Counted from the stretch's first letter, positions 51,725-62,804 are shown. The stretch is DNA of 64,000 nt from Candidatus Latescibacterota bacterium (GCA_965222075.1 OZ244937.1:256001-320000), one strand, 5' to 3'. Numbers and translations are program-made. Notes: a model not told the origin generated them from the letters alone.

Positions 51725-54700
51725 ATGCAACGAACAGCATTTGATCAGGTCACCCCGCTGTTGATGCTGGCGACATGTTTTTTGGCATTGCTCTGCCTCC
51801 CTTCCGTCAGTTCCGCTTGGTCCCCGCCGGCCGACAGTGTGCATTTCTGCGCGCCGTTCGATTACGAGCAGTGGCGGCGGGATCACCCCCGTCCTGCGGC
51901 CAAGCCGCTGGGGGATCTGAACGTGGGGGAACCGCGCACGGTGCGGATGATCTACTTTCTGCCGAATGACCGGCCTTTTCGCGCCGACGTGGTTGATTCG
52001 ATGAAAACGATGATTCGCCGGATTCAGAAGTTCTACGCCGAGCAGATGCAGGCGCACGGCTACGGCGACATGACGTTTCGTATTGAGACCAATGCACAGG
52101 ACGACCCCGTCGTGCACCGCGTGGATGGTGAACACGCCGATAGTCATTATCTTGACAACACGGTGGGCCCTGTGTTGCGGGAGATTCAACAGTTGTATGA
52201 TGAGAGCAACAACATTCAATTCATCGTCATTGACAACAGTGCCGACCTGAACATTGGTGTTCACGGCCGCCAAATAGGCGGCGCTGGTGGTATTTCGGGT
52301 CCGCGGAAAAGGAGTGGTTATGTGCTGGTTCCTGGCGGATTCAGCTTCCACACGGCTGCCCACGAACTTGGCCATGCTTTCGGCTTGGGGCACGACTTCC
52401 GCGATGGCACCTACATCATGTCGTATGGCGGAGGACGGTATCGGTTATCGGCGTGCGCCGCGGGATTCCTCGCCGTGAATCCCTTCTTCAATCCGGATAT
52501 CCCACTTAAAGCCTTAACGGGCCCCACCATCGAACACGTTTCGTCCGCCCGGTATCCTGCCGGCTCGAAGAGTGTTTCCATCCAACTCAAGGTCGGCGAT
52601 ACGGACGGGCTTCACCAGGTGATCCTGCACGTTTTCACAACCGCTATATCCATTACTGCCGGATCCTCTGAAGTTAAGGCGTGTCGTGGACTGGCAGGAG
52701 AAAAAGAAACAGTCGTCGAATTCGAGTATGACGGCGTTGTTCCATCTTCTTTTGTTGGAAGTCTTTCCGAGCCTCCTGTACATCGCATTGGGGTTGAGGC
52801 GATTGATACGAATGGGGACGTAAGCACTGCCAGTTTCTATATTGCGCAAAGTTCGCCATACCTGATCACCACCCTTGAAGGGCATTCGTCAGATGTCCCT
52901 TCGGTGGCGTTTTCGTCCGATGGTAGCACACTGGCTTCCGGGTCGTGGGATAGCACGATCGTGCTGTGGGATATGGACACCCGGGAACGGATGGCCGTCC
53001 TGGAAGGACACACCCATGGCGTCACTTCGGTGGCGTTTTCGTCCGATGGTAGCACACTGGCTTCCGGATCGCTTGGTGGCGAGATCCTGCTGTGGGATGT
53101 GGCGGCCCGAGAAGCGGTCGGCGCTCTGGAGGGGTATACGGAACGCATCAGTGAGGTGGCATTCTCACCCGATGGTAGGACGCTGGCTGCCGGGGGGTGG
53201 TGGGATGATACGGTCAAACTGTGGGACGTGGCGACACGCGAAGAGGTTGCAACCGTGCAGATGCATACAGATCCGATCCTTTCGGTGGCATTTTCGCCCG
53301 ACGGTAGCATCCTGGCTTCCGCATTAGGGGACAACACAATCCTGCTGTGGGACGTGGCGGCCCAAGAAGAGATTGCCACCCTGAAGCGGCAATCAATCAT
53401 CTATGCGATGGTATTTTCGCCCGACGGTAGCATCCTGGCTTCCGCATCAGGGGACGGCACGACTGTGCTTTGGGACGTGGCGACACGCCGGAAGATTACC
53501 ACCATTGAAGGGGATTGGGCCTGGGTCAACTCGATGGCGTTTTCGCCCGATGGGTCCACTCTGGCATCCGGTACAGCCATTGGGACCGTCATAATGCAGA
53601 ATGTTCTGAGTGGAAATATAGACCAGAGGTTTCCGCATACAGGTGCCGTCACTTCGGTGGCCTTTTCGCCCGACGGTACCATGCTGGCTGCGGCATCAAC
53701 GGATGACAGGATAGAGTTGTGGGATACCTCCGAGTGGGTGCGTCCACGTCCTTTTCGCGTGATGAAAGTGTCCGGCGATGACCAGCAGGGTGCACCCGGC
53801 GACACGTTGGGCCAACCCCTGGTCGTGGAAGTGCGAGATCAGTACGGCAATCTTCTGCCCGATGTGCCCGTTACGTTCACGGTCACCGCCGGAAACGGTA
53901 CGCTGGGCGGAAGGTTCACGACTGAGCGCGCAGTGACCGATACCCACGGCCGGGTTGAGGTTTTCCTTACCCTTGGTTCCAATCCGGGCACAAACACCGT
54001 TGGGATATCTCTGGGTGTGGGTGAGCTGACGACGTTTCGTGCGGAGGGTGTCGGAACCGGCGTGATCGTCCGTGAGGAAGATTTCCGGACATGGCATCTG
54101 CCGGACGGTGCGATTGTCCGCCTGGGAAAGGGAACCATCAGTGAAAGCGACCGCGCCGTGGACTTTTCGAGGGATGGCCGATATCTGGCTGTGGCCAGTG
54201 ACATCGGCGTGTGGGTCTACGAGATGGCGACGTCCCGTGTTCTGGCGCTGTTACCTGCCGAGGATAGGGCCTATTCGGTGTCATTTTCCCCCGATGGCAC
54301 GACGCTGGCTTCGGCGTTGAACAATGGCAGGATCGAGCTGTGGCAGGTTAATACGGGTGCGCGGATTGGCACCCTCGACCGGCAGTCGTTATGGGTCCCT
54401 TCTGTGGTGTTTTCATCGGATGGGGCCACCCTGGCCTCGGGGTCAGGTGATGGCACAGTCCTGTTGTGGGACGTGTCGAGCCAAGCAGAGATCGCCGTGC
54501 TGGAGGGGCATACGAGTCGCGTCAGGTCGGTGGCGTTCACGCCCGACGGTACCATGCTGGCATCCGGGTCGGATGACGAAACCATCAAGTTGTGGGACGT
54601 GTCGAGCCGAGCAGAGATTGCCACTATAGAGGGGCATAGGCAAGAGGTCAGGTCGGTGGCGTTTTCTCCTGGTGGCGGCATCCTGGCTTCAGGGTCATGG

Positions 54701-56347
54701 GATGGTACCGCCAGACTGTGGGACGTGTCGAGCCGAGAAGAGATCGCCACATTGAATGTGCACAGGCGCGGGGTCACATCGGTGGCGTTCTCGCCGGACG
54801 GGCGCACGCTGACTACCGGGGCGTTGCGCACGATGATACAGTGGGATGTGGCGACCCGAGAACGTGTTGCCACCCTGAACGTGCACGGGTCCTGGATCAC
54901 TTCGCTGGCGTATTCGCCCGACGGCGCCATCCTCGTTTCCGGGTCCCCGGACGGTATGGTTCTGATGCGGTATGTGGAGACGGGAAGCACCGTCAGGCTC
55001 CCCGGGTTTATGGTTTTCGGCTCGATGGCGATTTCACCCGATGGAGCGAATCTGGCTTCCGGGACAGGGGATGGCGCGATCTTGTGGTGGGATCTGGCGA
55101 CCCGGGCAGAACTCCCCACGCTGGAGGGACATAGGGGTCTGGTCTATTCACTGGCGTTTTCGCCCGACGGTACCACACTGGCATCCGGGTCGGATGACGA
55201 AACCATCAGGTTGTGGGACGTGTCGACCCGGGAAGAGATCGCCGTGCTGGAAGGGCATACAGGTTGCGTCAGGTCGGTGGCGTTTTCGCCCGACGGTACC
55301 ACACTGGCATCCGGGTCGGATGACGAAACCATCAAGTTGTGGGATATGGCGGCCCGAGAAGAGATCGCCTCGCTGAAAGGGCATACAGGAAGGGTCAATT
55401 CGGTGGCGTTTTCGCCCGACGGTACTACACTGGCTTCAGGATCGTTCGACAAGACGGTGAAGTTGTGGGACGTGGCGGCCCGGGAAGAGATTGCCACTTT
55501 GGGGCACATGAAAGAGGTCACTTCGGTGGCGTTTTCGCCGGACGGTACTACACTGGCTTCTATTCAATGGTCTGACAGGACGGTCAAGCTGTGGGACGTG
55601 TCGACCCGAGAAGAGATCGCCTCCCTGGAAGGGCATACACGAAGTGTCACTTCGGTGGCGTTTTCGCCGGACGGGACCACGCTGGCCGCCGGGTTGTTTC
55701 GCATTAAACTATGGGACGTGGCGACCCGAGAAGAGATTGGCACTCTGGAGGGGCATACAGGTGGGATCAGGTCGCTGTTGTTCTCACCCGACGGAGCCAC
55801 GCTGGTTTCCGGCTCCTGGGATGGCACGATTCTGGTGTGGGATATGCAGCTTCTGCAACCACATCCCCAAACCCTGACCAGGGTCTCCGGGCTTGAACAG
55901 CAGGGACCGGCCGGTGCGGCGTTGGCCCAGCCGTTTGTCGTTTCGGTGCAGGATCAAAACGGGGATCCGTTTGGCGGGGCCACCGTCACCTTCTCGGTTA
56001 CCGCCGGGGGAGGGACGCTGTCTGTAGCGACCGCCACCACCGATGCCAACGGTCGCGCCGCCACTACCCTGACTCTGGGGAGCCAGCCGGGGACGAATAC
56101 CGTTGTCGCAACGGTAGCTGATCTTGAGCCGGTGGCCTTTACCGCCACTGCCAAAGCCAAGCCCGACTTTAATGGCGACGGTACCGTTGGCTTTGCCGAT
56201 TTTGTGCAGTTTGCAGCACGGTTCGGGTTAAGCCAGGGCGATGCGGGGTATGACGCGCGGTACGATCTGGATGGGAATGGGACCATCGGGTTTGGTGATT
56301 TTGTGATCTTTGCCAACGCCTTCGGCAAAGAAGGGTCATCAAATTGA
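51725..56347 (+). CDS. secreted multidomain protein: Zn-metalloprotease, WD40 propellers, Ig-like (Big_1), EF-hand/dockerin-like tail
   Basis: Signal peptide; HELGHAFGLGH..IMSY; about 20 GH..WD repeats; PDFNGDGTVGFADF tail. Confidence 0.88.
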   Translation: MQRTAFDQVTPLLMLATCFLALLCLPSVSSAWSPPADSVHFCAPFDYEQWRRDHPRPAAKPLGDLNVGEPRTVRMIYFLPNDRPFRADVVDSMKTMIRRIQKFYAEQMQAHGYGDMTFRIETNAQDDPVVHRVDGEHADSHYLDNTVGPVLREIQQLYDESNNIQFIVIDNSADLNIGVHGRQIGGAGGISGPRKRSGYVLVPGGFSFHTAAHELGHAFGLGHDFRDGTYIMSYGGGRYRLSACAAGFLAVNPFFNPDIPLKALTGPTIEHVSSARYPAGSKSVSIQLKVGDTDGLHQVILHVFTTAISITAGSSEVKACRGLAGEKETVVEFEYDGVVPSSFVGSLSEPPVHRIGVEAIDTNGDVSTASFYIAQSSPYLITTLEGHSSDVPSVAFSSDGSTLASGSWDSTIVLWDMDTRERMAVLEGHTHGVTSVAFSSDGSTLASGSLGGEILLWDVAAREAVGALEGYTERISEVAFSPDGRTLAAGGWWDDTVKLWDVATREEVATVQMHTDPILSVAFSPDGSILASALGDNTILLWDVAAQEEIATLKRQSIIYAMVFSPDGSILASASGDGTTVLWDVATRRKITTIEGDWAWVNSMAFSPDGSTLASGTAIGTVIMQNVLSGNIDQRFPHTGAVTSVAFSPDGTMLAAASTDDRIELWDTSEWVRPRPFRVMKVSGDDQQGAPGDTLGQPLVVEVRDQYGNLLPDVPVTFTVTAGNGTLGGRFTTERAVTDTHGRVEVFLTLGSNPGTNTVGISLGVGELTTFRAEGVGTGVIVREEDFRTWHLPDGAIVRLGKGTISESDRAVDFSRDGRYLAVASDIGVWVYEMATSRVLALLPAEDRAYSVSFSPDGTTLASALNNGRIELWQVNTGARIGTLDRQSLWVPSVVFSSDGATLASGSGDGTVLLWDVSSQAEIAVLEGHTSRVRSVAFTPDGTMLASGSDDETIKLWDVSSRAEIATIEGHRQEVRSVAFSPGGGILASGSWDGTARLWDVSSREEIATLNVHRRGVTSVAFSPDGRTLTTGALRTMIQWDVATRERVATLNVHGSWITSLAYSPDGAILVSGSPDGMVLMRYVETGSTVRLPGFMVFGSMAISPDGANLASGTGDGAILWWDLATRAELPTLEGHRGLVYSLAFSPDGTTLASGSDDETIRLWDVSTREEIAVLEGHTGCVRSVAFSPDGTTLASGSDDETIKLWDMAAREEIASLKGHTGRVNSVAFSPDGTTLASGSFDKTVKLWDVAAREEIATLGHMKEVTSVAFSPDGTTLASIQWSDRTVKLWDVSTREEIASLEGHTRSVTSVAFSPDGTTLAAGLFRIKLWDVATREEIGTLEGHTGGIRSLLFSPDGATLVSGSWDGTILVWDMQLLQPHPQTLTRVSGLEQQGPAGAALAQPFVVSVQDQNGDPFGGATVTFSVTAGGGTLSVATATTDANGRAATTLTLGSQPGTNTVVATVADLEPVAFTATAKAKPDFNGDGTVGFADFVQFAARFGLSQGDAGYDARYDLDGNGTIGFGDFVIFANAFGKEGSSN

Positions 56348-56481
56348 ACTGTCTGTGCGGGCACACTCAGACATGGTAAAAAGAAAATTATCCAACAGGG
56401 AAACGATAAAGGTGCGTTCTTGTAGACAACCGGGTTTTTACGTTGGCCCGGTGCTGATATCACCATCCGGAGGTGAGAGAT

Positions 56482-56697
56482 ATGAGTGCTCATCGCGTTG
56501 AAACGGTTATACGCCAGGGCAGAACGGTTGTGCTAAAGGATTTGCCTTTCCAGGTAGGCGAGTCGGTCGAAGTCATTATTTCTCATTGCTCGTCAGAACG
56601 CAACGAGAAAGACCGCTATCCATTGCGTGGCACTCCGATAAAATACGTCAATCCTGCTGAACCTGTAGCGCATGGGGATTGGAGCGTATCACAATGA
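56482..56697 (+). CDS. small antitoxin-like protein upstream of PIN toxin
   Basis: GGAGGT RBS; LPFQVGESVEVII..YPLRG; ATGA overlap with the PIN gene. Confidence 0.65.
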   Translation: MSAHRVETVIRQGRTVVLKDLPFQVGESVEVIISHCSSERNEKDRYPLRGTPIKYVNPAEPVAHGDWSVSQ

Positions 56698-57088
56698 TTG
56701 TGCTTGATACGCACATCTCCGGGTCTGGTGGGTTCATGGAGACGCTCGCCTCACCAGCCAGCAAGTGGCTTGGTTGCAACAATATGAGTCTCAAGGTCTT
56801 GGGGTGAGTGCAATTTCATGTTGGGAAGTTGCTAAATTAGTTGAGTACAAGCGGCTCGTATTGCCTTGTCCGGTTGATGCGTGGATGGATCAGGCGCTTT
56901 TATATCCGGGCATTCGGTTTCTGGATCTGACGCCGCAAATTGTAATTGAGTCATCGCAATTGCCCGTTGGATTCCACAGAGATCCAGTGGATCAGATTAT
57001 CGTTGCTACGGCGAGAGTCCACAATTGTCAATTGTTGACAGTGGATGCCAAGATACTTGATTATGGACATGTTAATACGCTGAAGTAA
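56694..57088 (+). pseudogene. vapC: VapC/PIN toxin with early frameshift
   Basis: MIVLDTHI then frame break at about 56718; continues SAISCWEV..HRDPVDQIIVATA..LLTVD. Confidence 0.75.
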
Positions 57089-57190
57089 ACACGCCAAACC
57101 CGTTGTTAAAATAAGGCGATGGCGTGATTGGGCTTGGCGATTTTGTGATCTTTGCCAAGGCCTTCGGGAAAGAAGGTTGACCTATCTGCG

Positions 57191-57210
57191 CCTGCCAGAA
57201 GACAGGCAGG
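57191..57210. repeat. 20-bp micro-element variant
   Basis: CCTGCCAGAAGACAGGCAGG between CCTATCTGCG and CGCAAGCAGAG. Confidence 0.65.
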
Positions 57211-57270
57211 CGCAAGCAGAGCAGCGAACGGTACCCCGTTCCGTATGTTCGTTTACTGAGGTGTAAACCC

Positions 57271-58866
57271 ATGCGTTTTTTCAATACAGCCGGTCCCATC
57301 ATCCCAGAGGATCATTACCATATCCCACCGTTGGAACGGATTGATTTCGACGAAGTCCTGCTGCTGATTGAGCGAAAGAGGTACTTCGTGATGCACGCGC
57401 CCCGGCAGACGGGCAAGACGTCTTCTCTGCTGGCACTGATGGATGAACTGAACGGCGGCGGGCGGTATCGCTGCATGTACGTGAACGTGGAGATCGGTCA
57501 GTCCGCACGCGAGGACGTGGGGGCGGCCCTGCGGGCGATACTGGGTCAATTGGCTATGCGGGCGGAACGCATCCTGGGCGAGCGGATCGTGAAGGAGGTC
57601 TGGCGCGAGGCTCTTGAGGACTCAGGCCCCCACGGCGCGTTGCAGGAGGTGCTGAGCCGCTGGGCCGCGGCAGACGCCAGGCCGTTGGTGCTGATGATCG
57701 ACGAGATTGACGCGCTGATCGGCGACACGCTCCTGTCCGTGCTGCGGCAACTCCGTGCGGGCTATCCCGACCGGCCGCGCCAATACCCGCAGACGGTGAT
57801 CCTGTGCGGCGTGCGCGACGTGCGCGACTACCGCATCCAATCCACCGCAGAGAACGCGATCGTCGCAGGCGGCAGCGCGTTCAACATTCGCGCCGAGTCG
57901 TTGCGGCTGGACGATTTCACAGCGGACGAAGTGCATAAGCTCCTGGTGCAACACACCGAGACCACCGGACAGGTGTTTGCCGAGGAGGCGCAGAACGCGA
58001 TCCGGGAATTGACGCAGGGCCAGCCGTGGCTGGTGAATGCACTGGCTTATGAAGCCTGCTTCAGGAACAAGGCCGGGCGGGATCGCAGCCGGCCGGTCAC
58101 AGCCAATGCGATATGCGACGCCCGTGAACAGCTCATCCTGCGCCGCGAGACACACCTGGACCAACTTACCGACAAACTCCAGGAGGAGCGCGTGCGGCGC
58201 GTGGTCGAACCGCTGTTGAGCGGTGCCGAATACACCGAGGCGATTCCCCAGGACGATGTGGAATATGTCCGCGATTTGGGCCTTTTGCGTCGAGAAGATC
58301 CCATCGCCATCGCCAACCCAATCTATCAGGAGGTCATCCCCCGCGACCTGACCTACACCACGCAGGCATACCTCGCTCAAGACCCGGCCTGGTACGTGGA
58401 TGCGGACGGGCGTTTGCGCCTTGCCGATCTGCTGGCCGCGTTCCAGGGGTTCTTCCGTGAACATTCGGAACACTGGGTCGAGCGGTTTCAGTACAGGGAA
58501 GCCGGTCCGCAGCTGCTGCTGCAGGCGTTCTTGCAGCGTATCGTCAACAGCGGCGGGCGGATCGAGCGGGAGTATGGCCTGGGTCGGATGCGTACGGACC
58601 TGCTGATCCTGTGGCCGGCACCCGGCGACGCCCGGTCCGGTCAAGCGGTTCAGCAGGCGGTGGTCGAATGCAAGCTGCTTTACAAGAGCCTGGAACAGAC
58701 CGTGCGCGAGGGCCTGGAACAGACCCGCGCCTATATGGATCGCTGTGCCGCGGAGGAAGGCCACCTCGTGGTCTTTGACCGCACGGTGGACGTGTCGTGG
58801 GACGATAAGATCTTCCGCCGCGAGGAGGGTGTGGGGGATACGAAAGTTACGGTGTGGGGGATGTGA
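57271..58866 (+). CDS. AAA-type ATPase with C-terminal PD-(D/E)XK nuclease-like domain
   Basis: Walker A HAPRQTGKTS, Walker B LMIDEID; REYGLGRMRTDLLI..VVECK..GLEQT..Y. Confidence 0.85.
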   Translation: MRFFNTAGPIIPEDHYHIPPLERIDFDEVLLLIERKRYFVMHAPRQTGKTSSLLALMDELNGGGRYRCMYVNVEIGQSAREDVGAALRAILGQLAMRAERILGERIVKEVWREALEDSGPHGALQEVLSRWAAADARPLVLMIDEIDALIGDTLLSVLRQLRAGYPDRPRQYPQTVILCGVRDVRDYRIQSTAENAIVAGGSAFNIRAESLRLDDFTADEVHKLLVQHTETTGQVFAEEAQNAIRELTQGQPWLVNALAYEACFRNKAGRDRSRPVTANAICDAREQLILRRETHLDQLTDKLQEERVRRVVEPLLSGAEYTEAIPQDDVEYVRDLGLLRREDPIAIANPIYQEVIPRDLTYTTQAYLAQDPAWYVDADGRLRLADLLAAFQGFFREHSEHWVERFQYREAGPQLLLQAFLQRIVNSGGRIEREYGLGRMRTDLLILWPAPGDARSGQAVQQAVVECKLLYKSLEQTVREGLEQTRAYMDRCAAEEGHLVVFDRTVDVSWDDKIFRREEGVGDTKVTVWGM

Positions 58867-58973
58867 AGGGAAAAGTGTGAAGGATGAAAGGGGAAGAAAG
58901 AAGCAACCACAGCATGGGCAGGGCGTAAACCAACGCCACAACGTTAATACAACTCAGATTGAGGTAGGCAGGC

Positions 58974-59174
58974 ATGCTCGAAAAACCTCGTTCCCCCAAA
59001 TGGGTATATGATGACTCGGGTGAGGTCATTGAGGTAATACTTGGATATGACGATTTCAAGACGTTACTTCAAAAGATCGCTCGGGAAACGGATTGGGAGA
59101 CGCTTCCTCTCCACTTGCAGGATGCCGTTGACGCGATGTTAATGGAAGAATCGCCTGAATATACTGTGGAATGA
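58974..59174 (+). CDS. small hypothetical protein
   Basis: GAGGT RBS; 3' half duplicated at 47122-47211. Confidence 0.55.
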   Translation: MLEKPRSPKWVYDDSGEVIEVILGYDDFKTLLQKIARETDWETLPLHLQDAVDAMLMEESPEYTVE

Positions 59175-59225
59175 TCGCGTTTCTATAATCCCCGGGACGG
59201 ATTACGAGGTCAGGAGCAGGGGCCA

Positions 59226-61652
59226 ATGAAAAAATGGATTTTTCATCTCACCGCACTAACCGGATTGAATGTTTGCATTTTCGCGTTGCTCTATCTCTTG
59301 TGTGCGGGCGATGCCTCTGCTCAGCAAATCCAGACGCCTGCTCCGCCGAGCATGGACGGTGATTTTCAGACGTGGCATTTGCCCGAAGGTGCCCTCGCCC
59401 GCCTGGGCAAGGGAGCCATTGGTGAAGGCGACCGGGCGGTGGCGCTTTCGTCTGACGGGAAATATCTCGCCGTGGCCAGTGGCGTCGGCGTGTGGCTGTA
59501 CGAGATGGCGACGTCCCGTGCCCTGGCGCTGCTACCCACTGCGAGTCCAGTCTATTCGGTGGCGTTTTCGCGCGGCACCATGCTCGCTTCGGGTTTGGTC
59601 AATGGCAGGATTGAGCTATGGGAGGTCAAAACGGGCACGCGGATTGCCATCTTTGAAGGGCGCAGGTGGGTTCGAGTTACTTCGGTGTTGTTTTCGCCTG
59701 ATGGTGCCACTCTCGTTTCCGGCTCTTATGATGGCGCGGTCAGGCTGTGGGATGTGGCGTCCCGAAAACGCATCGCCACCCTGGAAGGGCATACAGAGCA
59801 GGTCACTTCGGTGTCGTTTTCGCCTGATGGTGCCACTCTGGCTTCCGGGTCGCAGGATAAAGCGGTCAAGCTGTGGGATGTGGCGTCCCGAGAAGAGGTC
59901 GCTACCCTGGAAGGGCACTGGCATTTGGTCAGTTCGGTGTCGTTTTCTCCCGATGGCGACATTGTTGCTTCCGGGTCGTGGGATCGCACGGTCAGGCTGT
60001 GGGATGTGTCGGCCCGCGAAGAGATCACTACCCTGGGGAGGCACAGTTCTATTATCAGTTCGGTGTCGTTTTCGCCTGATGGCGCCACTCTGGCTTCCGG
60101 GGGAAGGGATCACACGGTCAGGCTGTGGGATGTGGCGTCCCGAGAAGAGGTCGCCACCCTGGAGGGGCATACGTATCGCGTCAATTCTGTGGTGTTTTCT
60201 CCTGATGGGACCACTCTCGTTTCCGGGGCAGCGGACGGTATGGTTCTGCTGCGGGATGTGGAGACGGGAAATGTCGCCAGGCTCTCCGGGTATATAAGTG
60301 TCAGCTCGTTGGCGTTTTCTCCCGATGGGACCACTCTGGCTTCCGGCTCTAATGATGAAACGATCAAGCTGTGGGATGTGGCGTCCCGAGAAGAGGTCGC
60401 CACCCTGGAGGGGCATACGTATCACGTCAATTCTGTGGTGTTTTCTCCCGATGGGACCACTTTGGCTTCCGGCTCTGAGGATGAAACGATCAAGCTGTGG
60501 GACGTGGCGGCCCGAGAAGAGGTCGCCACCCTGGAGGGGCATACGTATCGCGTCAATTCTGTGGTGTTTTCTCCCGATGGGACCACTTTGGCTTCCGGCT
60601 CTGAGGATGAAACGATCAAGCTGTGGGATGTGGCGACCCGAAAAGAGATCGCCACCCGGAAAGGGCACTGGTATGGAGTCAATTCTGTGGTGTTTTCTCC
60701 CGATGGGACCACTCTGGCTTCCGGGGGAGGGGATGGCACGGTCAGGCTGTGGGATGTGGCGTCCCGAAAAGAGGTCGCCACGCTGGAGGGGCATAGGAAT
60801 AGGATCAATTCTGTGGTGTTTTCTCCTGATGGGATCACCCTCGCTTCGGGGGGATCGGATCGCACGGTCAGGCTGTGGGACGTGGCGTCCCGAAAAGAGA
60901 TCGCTGCCTTTGAAGGGCATACGGATGAGGCCATTACGTCTGAGGTCAATTCTGTGGTGTTTTCTCGCGACGGGACCACTCTGGTTTCCGGCTCTTATGA
61001 TGGCGCGGTCAGGCTGTGGGATGTGGCGTCCCGAAAAGAGGTCGCCACTCTGGAGGGGCATACGGATGGGGTCATTTCTGTGGTGTTTTTGCCCTATAGG
61101 ACCACTCTGGTTTCCGGCTCTTATGATGGTACGATGTTGTTGTGGGATATGTTGCCGTACATCACCTCATGCACGCCGAGGCCGCCGGTGAAAATCTACG
61201 GCGACAAACAGGAAGGAATGGTCGGAACCGCTTTGGCCAAGCCGTTTGTCGTTTGGGTGTTGGATGAGAAGGGGGCGGCGTTTGAAGGCGTGCCGGTCTC
61301 GTTTGCTGTGACTGCAGGTGGGGGGAGGCTCTCTGTTGAGACCACGGTGACGGATGCGAATGGTCGAGCATCGAGCACGCTGACGCTTGGGAGTGAACCA
61401 GGCACAAACACCGTTGTGGTAAGGGTTGCAGGAACTGAGGAGACGGCGACCTTTGTCGCAGAAACTTTAGCTATGCCCGACTTTGACGGCGATGGTGCGG
61501 TGGGTTTTTCCGACTTTTTGCTGTTTGCCCAGCAGTTCGGGTTACGTCAAGGCGATGCGGGGTATGACGCGCGGTATGATCTGGATGGGGATGGGACCAT
61601 CGGGTTTGGGGATTTTGTGATTTTTGCCAAGGCCTTCGGGAAAGAAGGTTGA
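59226..61652 (+). CDS. secreted WD40-repeat protein with Big_1 and EF-hand/dockerin-like tail
   Basis: Signal peptide; about 14 WD40 repeats; same upstream GGAGCAGGGGCCAATG as 51725. Confidence 0.9.
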   Translation: MKKWIFHLTALTGLNVCIFALLYLLCAGDASAQQIQTPAPPSMDGDFQTWHLPEGALARLGKGAIGEGDRAVALSSDGKYLAVASGVGVWLYEMATSRALALLPTASPVYSVAFSRGTMLASGLVNGRIELWEVKTGTRIAIFEGRRWVRVTSVLFSPDGATLVSGSYDGAVRLWDVASRKRIATLEGHTEQVTSVSFSPDGATLASGSQDKAVKLWDVASREEVATLEGHWHLVSSVSFSPDGDIVASGSWDRTVRLWDVSAREEITTLGRHSSIISSVSFSPDGATLASGGRDHTVRLWDVASREEVATLEGHTYRVNSVVFSPDGTTLVSGAADGMVLLRDVETGNVARLSGYISVSSLAFSPDGTTLASGSNDETIKLWDVASREEVATLEGHTYHVNSVVFSPDGTTLASGSEDETIKLWDVAAREEVATLEGHTYRVNSVVFSPDGTTLASGSEDETIKLWDVATRKEIATRKGHWYGVNSVVFSPDGTTLASGGGDGTVRLWDVASRKEVATLEGHRNRINSVVFSPDGITLASGGSDRTVRLWDVASRKEIAAFEGHTDEAITSEVNSVVFSRDGTTLVSGSYDGAVRLWDVASRKEVATLEGHTDGVISVVFLPYRTTLVSGSYDGTMLLWDMLPYITSCTPRPPVKIYGDKQEGMVGTALAKPFVVWVLDEKGAAFEGVPVSFAVTAGGGRLSVETTVTDANGRASSTLTLGSEPGTNTVVVRVAGTEETATFVAETLAMPDFDGDGAVGFSDFLLFAQQFGLRQGDAGYDARYDLDGDGTIGFGDFVIFAKAFGKEG

Positions 61653-61662
61653 CCTATCTGCG

Positions 61663-61709
61663 CCTGCCTGTGTTCCTCCCACACGCAGGCCGGGTCTTCG
61701 GCAGGCAGG
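61663..61709. repeat. 47-bp compound micro-element
   Basis: CCTGCCT GTGT TCCTCCC ACAC GC AGGCCGG plus GTCTTCGGCAGGCAGG. Confidence 0.75.
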
Positions 61710-61769
61710 CGCAAACAGAGCAGCGAACGGTACCCCGTTCCGTATGTTCGTCTACTGAGGTGTAAACCG

Positions 61770-62051
61770 ATGCGTTTCTTCAACACGGCCGGTCCCATCA
61801 AGCCGGATATTCACTACGATGTCCCGCCGTTGGAACGGATTGACCTGGACGAGGTGCCGATGCTGATCGAGCAGCAGAGGTACTTTGTCATGCACGCGCC
61901 CCGGCAGACGGGCAAGACGTCCTCTCTGCTGGCCTTGATGGACGAGCTGAACGGCGGCGGGCGGTATCGCTGCATGTACGTGAACGTGGAGATCGGCCAG
62001 TCCGCACGCGGGATACGAAAGCTACGGTGTGGGGGATGTGAAGGGAAATGA
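61770..62051 (+). pseudogene. internally deleted copy of the AAA ATPase gene
   Basis: First 80 codons match 57271; at 62010/62011 the sequence jumps to the gene's last about 30 nt. Confidence 0.85.
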
Positions 62052-62279
62052 CTCCGCAGTGATGATAGGAGAGTAGATCCATGAAACCCCCCGTTCTTTG
62101 TATTGCAGATCGAAAATTTATCGTATTGAACGTGATGTGTGACTTTAAATAGGAGAAAGGAGGTCTTAAGGCTACCTTGTAAGTATCACCAAAACGAGGC
62201 AGCCAACCCCCAACAGGAGGGACCTCCAAATGTATAATTTAGAACTATTCGTCATCGCTGTCTACTGTTTAATTGCCGA

Positions 62280-62312
62280 CCTGCCTGCCGCGCGGTGCTT
62301 GGCGCAGGCAGG
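62280..62312 (+). repeat. 33-bp micro-element, in frame (LPAARCLAQAG)
   Basis: CCTGCCT GCCGCGC GGT GCTTGGC GC AGGCAGG; removal gives ADELY. Confidence 0.9.
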
Positions 62313-62804
62313 TGAGTTGTATCCCAACTTCTGTCAAAGATATGGCCCCCCCCGTCGGGCAGGCTTTTCACCAACCCTGAGTGATGCGGAATGCCTGACG
62401 ATTGAAATCGTTGGACAATTTCTGGGCTATCCCAATCAAAAGCAACTCTTTGAGCGGATGCGTGAGCGCTTCGGCACCTGGTTTCCAGATCTAAAAGAGA
62501 GGGAGGCCTTTGTGCGCCAATCGGCCAATCTTTGGCAGGTCAAAGCCATTTTACACCAGCAGTTGGTGGAAAGGTTAGGTGGCCATCACGCCCCCTGTCA
62601 GATCATTGATACCCTGCCCGTTCCCATCTGTCACCTGGCACGGAGGTGGAGGCGAAAAATCTTCAAAACAGACCCCGTCTTTGATTTTCCAGACCCCACC
62701 AAGGGCTACTGTGCGGCCAAAAAGGAAGCATACTTTGGCTTCAAAGGGGGACTGCGGATCACAAAGGATGGCCTGATTGTTCACGCGCCGCTGTTGCAAG
62801 CCTA

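Noticed and set aside
58963-58972. GGTAGGCAGG before the small ORF
   Set aside because: Single arm overlapping the RBS
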